The notes under the pieces: model-generated | What the model saw: the letters and a program-made list of their open reading frames with translations, nothing else | The model's database searches: none | What the model was told of the DNA's origin: nothing | Shown here: positions 1 to 12,346 of the stretch, piece after piece | Layout: each line of letters begins with the position of its first letter | Position numbering within the stretch: position 1 is the stretch's first letter | Translations under genes and position numbers: made by a program | NCBI GenBank assembly: GCA_030704615.1 | Contig: CM060733.1 | Coordinates: 69,998,001-70,062,000 of the forward strand | Direction of reading: 5' to 3' | Length of the DNA stretch: 64,000 nt | DNA from: Takakia lepidozioides | Lineage: Eukaryota; Plantae; Bryophyta

Positions 1-1
1 C

Positions 2-430
2 GCATCCGAATCTCCCAACAATACAGCAGAAGACATCTCCAAGGATACCCTGGCGGAAATAAGAGAAAGAGTTCATGTAAACAATGATGTCAACGGATCT
101 CCTGCCTACTCCCAAAATTATCCGACGTACGCCCTTCCAGACTATTCCCCGGACACATTGGCGGCGATACGAGTGACCATTTTTGGATATCCCGCATCTC
201 CGGGTTACTCGCCAATATCTCCTGAATCCACAACAGGATCTGCAGGATATTACCCTCCAACCTTCTCCCTGGACACTGCAACGAAACAGGGAATCCTGGA
301 ACTCCTGGACGTCTCCGGATCTCCAGGATACTCCCCTGCGTCTCCTGATAGTATCACCGGATCCCTAAAATATACCCCTCCAGACTATTCGCCTGATACA
401 CTCAGAGAGATTAGAAGAAGCATTTTGTAG
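2..430 (+). CDS. 3' end of a low-complexity ORF with YSP-containing peptide repeats (open from window start)
   Basis: Frame +2 is open from base 2 to the stop at 430. It contains recurring SPGYSPxSPxS and PDYSPDTLxxIR units. Confidence 0.35.
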   Translation, partial: ASESPNNTAEDISKDTLAEIRERVHVNNDVNGSPAYSQNYPTYALPDYSPDTLAAIRVTIFGYPASPGYSPISPESTTGSAGYYPPTFSLDTATKQGILELLDVSGSPGYSPASPDSITGSLKYTPPDYSPDTLREIRRSIL

Positions 431-605
431 TTCTTGGGTATATAATCTAGAATCGTCTGAATATAGTGCGAGAAGTCATGAGTATTTTTTGGACAAATTA
501 GGTTCGAAGATTTCTTTTGTAGATTTGTCCTGTTCCAGGATGATGTACTCAATGGCTCCTGAGCCTCATTTTCATTAAAGTTTTTTTCTACAGCATCTGT
601 AAAAT

Positions 606-2610
606 ATGGAGGATTTCCCATTTCATGTAGAAAGCCTCGTACATACTAACCTCCACTGTCCAGTGGAGGTTCTTATTTCTGGAATGATGGATGCTAGTAA
701 GAGAGATCTTGTTATTTTATTATCTAATGAATTTGTGTTTGGTTGTAACAGAAGACATCCTACACCACCAGATTGCGTCCCAGGATTGATTGGAGATATT
801 TGTGGCGCATTTGTATGCCAGAAGTCCTCACATTTCAAAACTGAGCATACCGCAATTTTTGAGCTTAACCCAGAGGTGACAGATTGGGGAATCGTGCCTG
901 TCGGTACACCTCCTGATCACAAACTGTCTTTTCATTACAGAAGTCATGGAATAATAACAGACTTAAAATACGCGGAAGCTCTCGATATAGAGTTTGAGTC
1001 TAAAGAGGAAAACCCGATGTTGGTTTTGTTCCTGCATGAGGATGCAAGAACCCCCGGGACGTTTGGTTTCAAAGTGGAGGTGGGTCGTCTGAACAAGTCT
1101 TTGATGAGTGAATGCATTGCAATGGGATTTAGATTTCTAGACAAGGGCTCAGTATTTACCGACGTAGGTTTGTCGAGGGCCTGGAGTATTTTTCTGGATC
1201 TTCTGCATGCAATGGGGAACGACATTTGCAAGAAACGAGCACTAGAGGAAGCATCAAAGCCGAAGAGGGGAAAACGCAAGTCGTCGACAGCCGGCAATGA
1301 TGACAATGAGGCCGAGACTTCCGCAGGAAAGAAGAAACAGAAGGAGGATCAGGATCCAGCATTGATGTCAGATAACAAGAGACCTAAAGCTGGGGAGATT
1401 TTCGACAAGGAAAAATGCGAGAAGATGGAGGAGAGGCTCACGAAGGAATACAATGATGTATTTCCATTCGGATTCGAGAGTACCTTCCTTGTGAAGGTTT
1501 CCATGATGGAACTAGCTCCAAGGAGCATGGTTTACAGGCCGTTAAATATCAAGCATAAGGACGAAGGGAAAACGCGACTATTCCAACTTCATTTGTTCGA
1601 CTCCAAACATCCGGTGTATCTTGCGCCAATCAATCCTTCTAATCCCGAGAAGATTACTTCATCGCGACCGAAGCAATGGAAGGAAATGGACGTATCCAGG
1701 TTCTTCGTCATTGGTGGACAACAAACCATCGTGGCAGCAAAGGTAATGGACTTCACTTCCACCCAGACCTCTCTTTTAACGAACCTCCACTGGGCAGTGG
1801 AGGTTGGTGATCCCACGAAATTGGATATGTCCCTACCATTTCAACTCTCTCACCCATTTTACATTAACTGTAGCAGGAACTTCTCGAGGATCTTGCCGAC
1901 AGCGAACTGAAAGAGTACTACCGGGAGTGGCCTGCAAAGATTGTATGGTCTACCGATGAACAAAGGCTCCTGAAGTTGTCAAAGCTCCTCAACGATCCCA
2001 ATAAGGCGCAAAAGTTTGATACAACAATGCCGAAGAAAGTTGCGCATGCGCGAATGTTATTCAATCTGAGGGGGAAGCCAAAGAAATACAACGATCACAC
2101 CACCACGTTCGAGACGAAACAATTCAAGGTATGCATTTATGGAATGAAAATCTACTATTCACATTCATTTTATGCTAAATAATACTTCTGTCGTCGGAGT
2201 GACACCTAATTTTTCCGTGGATGAATGTGCAGGAGTTCATGTTTGTCTGTCATTTGATACTTGAAATGGGTAGCATTAAGGAGGCAATGGTCCTGATACT
2301 TTGCGACGACGACGTTTGGAAGATCTGGGAAGATGTTTTCAAAAACTGGGAGCAGAGAAAGCTACTCGACCCGCTTGGGATACAGTACAAGGGTGAACAA
2401 CAACAGCTCACGAAATCTGCTATCGCAAAGCTGCAAGGGTCAAACAGATGGCAGCTGATAAAAGTTGCGCATAAAATCCTGGACCTAAAATTGACCATTC
2501 GAGATTACAAAGGACAAGACAAATCAATTCAAGGCATGAACAAGTACATAGACGACTTGAAAATGCGCCGGTTTATTGTCGACGATGTTTTCGTCGATCT
2601 GAAGGTGTAA
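606..2610 (+). pseudogene. Multi-exon gene with a ParB/Srx-like domain, probably TE cargo, 3' end lost at the LINE fragment
   Basis: GT-AG introns at 1743-1876 and 2129-2232 join three ORFs in frame (..IVAAK|ELLEDL..KQFK|EFMFV..). Motifs: VYRPLN..VYLAP..FFVIGGQQTIVAAK..YREWPAKIV, plus a basic NLS-like stretch. Confidence 0.5.
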
Positions 2611-4700
2611 GAATCTGGTAAGGAGGGCGAGCATTGACAAAGGTGTCCTTAGCTCTAATCCTTGCTGGCAGTTCTCCCCAGGGTTTGTCCAAGCAGTCTT
2701 CGTTGATCCACCAAGCCTTGTGAGGGGGAGTGTTGTAGATATCTGCGTTTTCCATCAAAGTGTGGAGGGCTTGCAACTCAGACCTGGATGCTCCTCCAGA
2801 TATGTGCCCCACGTGATTTTGGAGGTTTCAGCAATAGAGTAGCAAGACCATTGGTTGTAGAGAAATTCCTGGATTTTTGCTTTGATCATGCAGTGGGGGC
2901 TACTGTCCGGTGGGCAAGTTCTGATGAAGTGCCTGACATCCAGAGAAGTGATCCACAAGGACTCCAGTTCATCCCTGTCTTTAGCCATGACGAGAATAGA
3001 AGGAGGTGGTTATTTTTTGAAGATGACTGGGGTTACATATATGGCTTTTGGGACTTCCTTGCTAGTCAATCGGGAGCAGCCAGGAAGAGAGAAATCATGG
3101 TAGGAGTGAAGAGTTCTCTCAGACATTATCTGTTTACCTTTGTCAGTGGGAGCTGGCATGAAGGCACCAGCTTCCAGGTACATCGGGTCCGAAGGCTCTT
3201 TTTGTTTCTTGGCTATGTGGATTGGACTAAGCTGAAGCAGGTCAGAGGCGGGGGTTGTGCTGTGTATTAAGAGAGGGGAATCTAGTGGAGGGAGGGTTTA
3301 AGACGGGGTAGATTGGACGGGAGAGAGCACCTGCAGGCGGAGAGATGGCTGAAGAAAGGATAATACCATTCAAATTGCCCGGGGATCTCTTCCTTTTGTT
3401 TACAGCGCAGTCCACTTTGATGTGGCCTTGCTGTCCGCAAATGAAGCATGCTGAGGAAGTAGTCTCTTCAATTAACCTGATTGTATAAAAATTGCGCTTC
3501 GAGTCAATTGGGAGCCTAACAAAGTCAGGCAGCATATCCTCATTGGGCATCGTCAAGACCATCTTGGCGCACCCGTTGTCATATAGTTTAGTTGCAATTG
3601 TGGCTGTTTTCCATGCCGGGTCTTTTCTGATGGTTTCAGTGCACATGATAAAAAACACCCAGACAGCCCTAGTAGTGCCCAAAATGGTTTGCTATATCCG
3701 GGAGATTCACGAGGTACTGGTCAGGAATGAAAGGGAGGGAGACAATCCTTGGTCCCCCCAACTTTCCATTTTTGTTACCCATTTTGGATGACCATAGAAA
3801 AATATTGACATTAAACCCTTTCAGGTGAGGGTTGAACTGGAGGGCTTGGGAAGCTGCATCCTGGGACTCAAACATAATTGAGAAGAATCCTCTGCCCTTA
3901 GCATGGCATAAGTTGTTTAAGCTCCCCCTGGCCTCCCGAGTACCTTATGGCCCTGTCCCTGACATAAGCCCTACTGATCTTCTTTCCAGCGACATGAACC
4001 AAAATTCCAGACTCTTCCATACATGAGATTCTGTTGTTGAGCCCCTGAATATCCATCTCAATTAATGGAAAGTCACGATTCATGGCTTCTTGAACCTCAA
4101 GAGAGTCGAGCGAACAAAGCTCCTCATTTTCTGGACCAGGCGAGAAGTTGCCTCGAGCAGAATTGGTAGATAAGCCTCCTGCATTAACTTCCGCGATGGG
4201 TGCCCGATGGAGAAGAGCCCCAGGACTTCTTGCGGGGGACATGGGACCCCTTGAGAAGGGCGCAGGGATCCTTGGAGTTGACTGGAACCTGGGGGTACCG
4301 CCTCCGAGGGATCGCGGTTGGTGGGCCCAGAAAATCCCGGTACCCAAAGATGGTTGAGGTCTAGAGGATGACGCAGGTCTCCGCGGTCCGTGTTGGCGAC
4401 GGTCACCCATCGATCCAAACTGTCTATGGTGAGAGAAGCTGTTGGGAGCCATAGAGAGAGCGAGAGGGGGCAGAGATCAGAGAAAGCTATGAGCGCTAAG
4501 ACGGGGTAATTGGATGAGAGCGAAGGAGATCTGCAGAGAGCAGGAGGAAGAGAGAGGGACTAGGATAGAAGGAGATTGGGAGATCGGGAGAATGATCGAT
4601 GCGCGTGGAGGGATGTAGACGAGACCAGTCACTCACGGGAAAGTTGAGAAAGTCTTCTTACTGAGGTGACGGGGTGGCAGGACAAGGGGTAATCACTCAT
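2611..4700 (-). mobile_element. Degenerate plant L1-like LINE ORF1 fragment (RRM/DUF4283-like region plus CCHC knuckle)
   Basis: Frameshifted minus-strand ORFs 4452-3242 contain GFFSIMFESQDAASQAL and CFICGQQGHIKVDC (CX2CX4HX4C). No endonuclease or RT is visible. Confidence 0.6.
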
Positions 4701-5476
4701 AAATTCCAGCCGCCAAGGGGAAGGGGGGAAAAGGGTAGTAATGGCCTAAAGGCGGCTTTCATCAGGGGAGTGATGGATGGAGCTTGTAAACGAGAGGGAT
4801 GAGGCTTATTGAACTTCTCATAAAGCCTAAGAGCGGGTCCTGAAGGTGTGCAAGTTACAGGTGTTAGTAAAATGCAACACAGAAGGAGATCAGGTGCTCC
4901 TAGGTAGTCGATTTCAGTGAAAAATCCATGCAAGCCGAGGACCAGGTGTGAGAGACGAAGCGACCATTGGGCTCTCTCACCGCAAAACAGGGAGCTCCTC
5001 GGACTCACATCGCTCCCCCCATAATTGGGTGTAAGGCAGACCCTAATTGAGACCCTGCAATTTTATAAGACTTCTGCCTAAAAAATAATATTCATACAAA
5101 AAAGAACATTGTAATATACTCCACACTTGCATGCTTAGCAAAGAGTACCATCCAGTTTCTGCTTGAAGTAAATTAAAACTAGTCCACATCTGTGAGTTGT
5201 GAAGGTAGGGTAACCTGTCCATCCCATTAGAAAACCAACCCCTCCATTTGTCGGAGATTCTCCGAAAGATGGTCCAGCACAGCTATAAGTTTGTCTTAGA
5301 CAACCAGTCTACCAAATGGTAGCAGGTGAGCTTGTGCAGTACTAACATCTACTTAAATGCATCAGTATTCACAGGATCATTTCTGTTCTATCCAGTCATC
5401 TAGACATCCGCTGCCAATGGCAATACAACTCCGATCCACTTAGCCTCATGTCAGTCTGGCTCTGTCTTCCATCTCT

Positions 5477-8095
5477 CTACCCAACACTTCCTTCAAGCTT
5501 CAGGCTCATCAGCTGGTTGACCTCAGCTGCAAACTCAAGGGGAAGCTCCTTGAACACCTCCCGGCAGAACCCACCAATGATTGCTGCCACTGCCTTCTCT
5601 GCATCAATGCCCCTTTGCTGAAAATAGAAGAGCTGATCTTCACCTATCTTAGATGTGCTGGCTTCATGCTCAACCCTGGCTGTCGGGTCCTTAACCTGTT
5701 ATACAGAGACCTGATTAGAAATATTTGGTAGGTCCTGACAATGCAAGCCAAATTCCTGCTTTCTGGCAGGAGACACCAGCAGTTGAACCAACATGAGTAT
5801 AATCATCTATGGAGGAAATGACCGCCAATGAAAACAGGGATCCAGAGGCACCCCTGGTTGTATGTATCCACCAAAAACTCAAACTCTACTTAGTACGTTA
5901 CGCCCCACTCGTGAGCTCGCGGATCAGAAATCCACCCTGTCACTACAATAAAAAGAACAGATGATGGAGAAAGCTAAGGAAACAAATAGGTCCACGAAAA
6001 GAAGAACAAAGGGCTGGAGGAAGGGAGGGAGGCAGGCTCATCATCAACTACATGCACCATTCCCCAAATGTAGATCATATTGAACACTTGATGAGCACCA
6101 ATTAAGATGTCATAGGCACCCGAGGTACATAGGCAGATTTCCTGTAAGTAAATTGAAATAGGGAGCCCCGCCAGAATTTGGCAAACAGCAAACCTATGGA
6201 TGAAGATGTCAATGAAGAGAGGCACAGATGCATTTTGAAGGGAGATAATAGCAGGCTTACCTGGATGTAAGGGTAAGTGTTGGCACCCGCTTCATCTCCA
6301 ATGAGCATAGAGTCGCACTGTGAGAAGTTCCTTGCATTATGTGCCGATGGTTGCACCTGCAGGACCAATTGATGTTTCAGAATGCATTTATAGCAAAAAC
6401 CATTTGTCCAATAACACTAAACACAGTCTCCCTCTTACATTGAGGTACCCTGGGAAAAGACCCAATGATACCATTCCAACCACACAAATCCATTTAGTTC
6501 CCATTGGAAAGAGATGATAGGAAGCAAGACCTTCAATGCATCCTATTTCTGGTACTGAGCCAGATTCAGAAATTCGTCTTCACAGAAAATTTCTTGAAAC
6601 CCTAATCCATTAGGTTTAACCCATATTCACCAGCCATGCCTTCATACTCATTCCCATATCCAATCCTGTCATTCAGAATGTGGGGAACAGAGAGACCAAC
6701 CTGTACAAGTCCCCTGTAGCAGTTAACTGACTTCCCAGCCGAGATGCCCTTGGAGACAATCCTACTCCGAGAATTTTTGCCCACATGGATCATCTTGGTG
6801 CCTGTGTCTGCTTGCTGTTTGTTGTTGGTTAGAGCCACCGAATAGAATTCCCCCACAGAGTTATTCCCCTTTAACACCACACTTGGATACTTCCATGTGA
6901 TTGCCGACCCAGTCTCAACTTGAGTCCAGGAGATTTTGGAATTATCGCCATCACATAGACCCCTCTTTGTTACAAAGTTATATATGCCACCCTTTCCATC
7001 CTCGTCACCAGCATACCAATTTTGTACTGTTGAGTACTTAATCTCTGCCCCCTCTGCACAATAAAGCTCAACCACGGCAGCATGTAGCTGGTTCTTATCA
7101 TATGCTGGAGCCGTGCAGCCTTCCAAGTAGCTCACGAAACTCCTTTCGTCAGCCACAATGAGGGTGCGCTCAAACTGGCCTGTTTCCATAGCATTAATCC
7201 TAAAATACGTGGAAATTTCCATGGGGGACACTGTGTCCTTGGGAACATAACAAAAGGAGCCGTCACTAAATACTGCCGAGTTCAGCGCTGCATAGTAATT
7301 ATCCGCCACAGGCACCACTTTCCCCAGGTATTTTCTGACAAGCTCAGGACATTCCCGCACAGCTTCAGAAATCGAGCAGAAAATAACCCCTGCAGCCTGC
7401 AGCGTCTTCCTATGAGTGGTAGCAATGGAAACGCTATCGAAGACGGCATCCACTGCGACATTTGCAAGTCGCTTCTGTTCAGTGAGTGGGATTCCAAGCT
7501 TCTGGAAAGTCTCAAGAAGCTCTGGATCAACCTCATCCAGACTTTGTTTCTTCTCCTTCTGCTTTGGCTCAGTGTAGTAACACATGTCCTGAAAATCTAT
7601 AATCGGGTGGCGATTGTCTGACCATGTCGGCTCCTTCATTTTGAGCCATTGCCTGTACGCGTTTAGCCGAAACTGCAGCATCCACTCAGGCTCCTTCTTC
7701 TTTGCCGAGATCAAGCGCACAGTCTCCTCCGACAAACCCTTGGGAATAGACACTGATTCTATATCGCTCACGAATCCCCACTTATAATCCCTCTTTAGAA
7801 ACTGCTGAATTGTATCATCGCTCGAGCCTTTCGATGGCACCCTTTCCAGCACCGCCGACTCCCCCAACTCCACTGGCATAGCTTCGCATCGCACACTTGA
7901 TGTCTCTTTCCTGCAGAGCTTTTCCTGGAATCCATGACTGTGAACTTTTAGTCCCTTCAAACTGTAACGGTGAAACCCTAGCCTTGCACATTCTTCAAAT
8001 TGTCTAGTAACTTCTACTCTCCTACTCTTCGACTGCAACCCCAAGACCGTATGAGATCCCGCAGCAACTGACGCCGCCACTGTGCAAGCCTTCAT
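5477..8095 (-). CDS. SUFB: Plastid Fe-S cluster assembly protein SufB (ABCI8/NAP1-like), 3 exons: 8095-6701, 6356-6261, 5695-5477; about 569 aa with N-terminal transit peptide
   Basis: Hallmark SufB sequences: [72 protein letters not shown]. Canonical phase-0 GT-AG introns give an intact frame ending LEGSVG*. Confidence 0.95.
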
Positions 8096-9656
8096 ACCTT
8101 CAGATTCTTCTTATCGCCTGTAGATCAACTCGTGAGCTTCCAACAGCTTCAATATCAAGAGCAGAAAAGGAGCTCAAACAGATTCTGCCAGCACATACAG
8201 CAAACAGATCAGCTTCTTTTGCAGATATTACAAACCAAACCTCCTTCCTAATCTTCGTATCAACAATTCTGAAACGATTGAAATCCTCGAGGGACCGACA
8301 TAAGGAAGCGTGGCATGACAAGATTCTTGTGAGCATACGTCAAAGCACCTGACGTACAGATGGATGAATACGCTGCCCGCTAGATGGATGTAAAGTTGAC
8401 TGTCGAGTCATCCATCGATCATCCTTCTCGGATGAAAGTAGCTAGTAAAGAGGAATGATGGATGGACAGACCTAAACCGCAAACCCTGAAGACAGGATGC
8501 CCCTCATTATTGGCCCAAATAATACCTCGGCGACCGGTTCTGCCCGTCTCCAGAGCAAAAAGTATTGACCGGCATCGTACAGAAGGATGCATAGGATCGT
8601 AATCTGACCGGTTATAACCGGTCCACGTTGGAATGCCAAAGACAGATTGCGAGAGAGGAGGAGGGGGATAGTGTTGTGAGACCAAGGAGCTCCGATATGG
8701 CGGCGCCACCTTAGTGATGAAGGTGTGAGAAGCATGCACGGTGCACCGGGGTGCGAAACAGCAAGGTGAGAAAGAAATGAGTTGAGTGCATTCCCCGGTA
8801 GCCAGCTTCGCAATCAATGTTGAGTAGTATCTGAAAGTAGGGAAATGGAAGGCATGTAAAGTGGCGCTGAGAGAGGGACAGAAATAAGAGAGAAAGAGAG
8901 AGAGAGGTGAGACTGTTCGTCGAACAGCCACAATGTGTGGGGCCTGGGGTAGGTAACAACTAGACAGATTCATTGGGCCGAAAATTCAACGCTCTCTTTG
9001 GTGTTTGGGATGAGGGGTGAGAGATAGAAAATTGCGGATATGATCCAACAGAGCAGGAGGTTCCGTGAAGGAAAGTTTTCGCTAGATAGTATCTGTATCC
9101 TTTTTGCTTGTTCTCGTGAGATCAAAAAATTTCTTAGTCTCATGTCTTCATGTTGGCTGTGATCTAGCCGGAAAAAAAGAAAGCAGGAAATCGTTTGCAA
9201 GTAACGTGAGGCCACCAAGCAGGCCTTCATGTCTCTCCATAGCTTTTTTGGCTGGTAAAATAGGTGGTTACAATCAGGGTTACTCTGGTTGGGCAGATTT
9301 TTCCTGGATCTTGACGCATAGCTTTCACCAGCGTTAGTGCAGCATGGAACTGCCATTGGTTCTGAAATGCGGCCAGCTGCTGCTTTGTTCATTATTCTGT
9401 GGCCGGCATCCTGTCAACATGAACAAAGGAGCAAATGTGGAATCCAGTTGTGGCTTTAATACAAACTATGTTACCTTAGATAACGATACTACCCTAACTG
9501 TCAGAGTTATGCAGTGGAACATGCGAGGTGAGAGGGTAGCCATGGGTGGCGTTCTCTTTCATGACAGAAACACAGTTCTCTGTTACAATTGCGCAAAGGA
9601 TCTCATTTGACAATTGAAATGGTTTACCTCTACAGATTCATACTACAGCAACAGGG

Positions 9657-10547
9657 ATGGCGACAGAAGGCTTTGATGGCATTAGAGCAAGTTCCCCCTA
9701 ACACTGGGTTTTGGCATGGAAAGAGAAACTTTTGGTCTAGTGGGAGGATCTAGCGGTCTTTGGAACTGCATTTGGCTACTGTCTATCTGCCGCTCTTTTG
9801 TCCATCATCGATAAATGGGCAGTAATGATATTCCCCTTCCCAGGTTCGCTGACAGCCCTCCAGTACGCTGTAAGTACTGGAGCTGTCTTCATTCTTGGGA
9901 GATTTCATGTCCTGCAGCATGATCCTCTCAGCCTTCAGACAGTGTGGCATTTTTTGCCTGCTGCAGTGTGCTTTTATCTCTCGCTTTTCACCAACAGTGA
10001 GCTCCTCCTCCATGCTAATGTGGATATGTTCATTGTGTTCCGTTCAGCTGTTCCGATATTTGTAGCAATTGGTGAGACCTTGTACTTGAAGCAGCCGTGG
10101 CCCTCACTGAACACTTGGCTGGCTCTTGGATTTATTTTGGGGGGTTCCATTGTTTACGTGATCACGGACTCGCAGTTCCCCCTCAATGCGTACATCTGGG
10201 CTTTTGCCTACCTTGCCAGCATGTCCATAGATTTCGTTTACATCAAGCACATAGTCATGACCATTGGTTTGAACACTTGGGGTCTTGTTTTGTACAATAA
10301 CTTGGAGGCCTTCCTCCTTTACCCCATTGAGCTCCTTGTGATGAGGGAAGCAATTGAGTTGAAGAAGGGCACAACAGACCACACAATAGACTGGACGTCT
10401 TTCCAAGTTGGGCTCCCTGTGGGGCTTTCTTGTCTCTTTGGGCTCTCTATTTCTGTGGAAGGAGATGTTGAACAGCAACCGCTGAAGCTGACAGAGGATG
10501 AGCCCCAGAGCAAGGGGTCTCCTGGAGGCAGCTACCTAGGCTTTTGA
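9657..10547 (+). pseudogene. GONST3: GONST3/GGLT1-like Golgi GDP-sugar transporter, pseudogene or internally deleted allele
   Basis: Matches GYCLSAALLSIIDKWA, FTNSELLLHANVD, DFVYIKHIVMTIGLNTWGLVLYNNLEA and GLSCLFGLSIS. In-frame stops occur at 9699 (TAA) and 9738 (TAG). The last conserved TM block is absent. Confidence 0.8.
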
Positions 10548-12346
10548 GAGTACATATACTAGCTGGTTGGATCGTGCAACACATGGATTTATATACGTGA
10601 GAAGCAAAACTCTACTTGAAACAGAGCCTGCCAAGTTGTAGGGACTGGGATTAAACAAAGCAAGGAGGGATGTGGCTTCTGGCTCTCTCAGGTGGATGAA
10701 CTGCCTTGTACTGGCAAAGAGGAAACTAGAGAAAGGGGTGGGAGGGAGATGGTGGGTGTGTTACTTTTGGAGCTCTCCCAACAAATCAATACTGGTAATT
10801 TTGTGAGCGACTTATCTGGTACCTTCTAGTCCACTTGGACCATTAATCTTTTGTGGTGGCCAGTGGCGTGTTGCCTCATTCAGATTGCCTCATTCAGATT
10901 ATTCTTCTGTGAACCACCAGATTGTCAGGCGTGCTAAGGGAATGCATTCCTTGAGAGTGTGGTGGGGGGTTGTGGCCTAACTTAGAGTTTGTTGCTGGTC
11001 CAACTTTGTAGATTCTGGTGGAGTTGCTGCACCAACTGCCAAGTGGTAGGCAAGGGACATATATATTCTCTAATGCAAACTTTCCTTAACATTGTTGGGA
11101 AGTCCCTACTGTTGAGGCGGTCTCCTGCCAGTACAAGACATCTATCTGTTAAGTGGAAATGTGTCTTTGCAAACCTCAAACACCACCCCCGTAATGTCAC
11201 ATGTACCCCCAATCGTTCCAAAAAAAAATTAAGTAAAGTAAATTGGACATCTAGCAAGCTGTCCCAACAAAGGTGGCCATAGCATGCACATGGCTACTGC
11301 ATGCCATGTGAAAGTGGCAATTGCATGTTTTGGCAAGCTGGCAAGCTATAGCCAAAGATGGAACTTGGGAAGAGATGGAGAGTAGGGAATGGAGGGTCTA
11401 GTAGGGAGCCAAGAAGAAGGATGAGGGAGTGGGAGGGGGGGTCAATTAGTTGGCGGTGGGCAGGGCACGCACCAGTGGCAACGGGAAAGGCCCATTGGCA
11501 TGGGATCCAGCTATGCTTCAAGTGGGGTGGCATATTACCTCTTTCTCTCTCTCTTGAAGTTGAAGTGTATAGGTGGATTGGTCTTCATTATAACCTTCTT
11601 AGGAGTATGTGACTGGTATAACAACCGACGAATTTTATGCCCACCTATATTTTTATTATGTCACGCTATCCGTATTGAAGGCTAAATTTCCTGCTCGAAA
11701 TTACATCTCCGATGCACTATTTCGTATTCTATTACGACGTGATATGCCTCTACACCTTTTTATTTTTATTTTTAAGAAAAGGGGAATGTGGGACCAGGAT
11801 TTCTTCCCTTCTTTTATTCCCTATTATGGATGAACGGATGCTAGGTAGAAAGGGATGTTGTTGTGCTCGATGAACCTATTTTTATTAAGCTATCTTGTTT
11901 TCTTATAACAGCTAGTTTTAGGATTAGGTGGTTATCCTAAATGGCCGCTGATGTGTGAATTACATGGATTGTAATCTGGACAGCCAGATATGTGTGGACA
12001 CCTGTCATTCTTGATTAGCCTTTTGGCACTTCTATTTAAGTAAGGCCTTTGGGCCTTAGGGGTGGTGATTTTGGATTTCAACAATGTATCTTTGTGTACT
12101 AAGTGTGTGAATGAAGCCTTTGTGCATGTGTTGGATGATAGAGTTCATCTAAGTTCTCTAGAGAAGATTCCGTCGTCTCGGTAGGCAGGCTCTGTCAGCT
12201 CACATCCCTAGTTTCAAACTAATCGTAGAGGAAGGGGAATAAACCCCATGCACCGGGATCTTGGTGGAGTTGCGGGGTAACCAAATCTGTTAAGCAAGAG
12301 AATGTATGTTGTATAGTGTACATGGTAGTCGGTGGATTGCAGGTGG

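Noticed and set aside
2788-3270. 160-aa plus-strand ORF as a continuation of the ParB-like gene
   Set aside because: It lies antisense within the LINE fragment; no supporting motifs.
6602-8095. Bacterial or plastid sufB (HGT or contamination), or a truncated 497-aa protein
   Set aside because: It has a transit peptide and two spliceosomal introns. The ORF-track C-terminus is intron read-through, and no suf operon is present.
11280-12340. Possible solo LTR with PBS near 12322
   Set aside because: No second copy, no convincing tRNA match and no TSD in the window.
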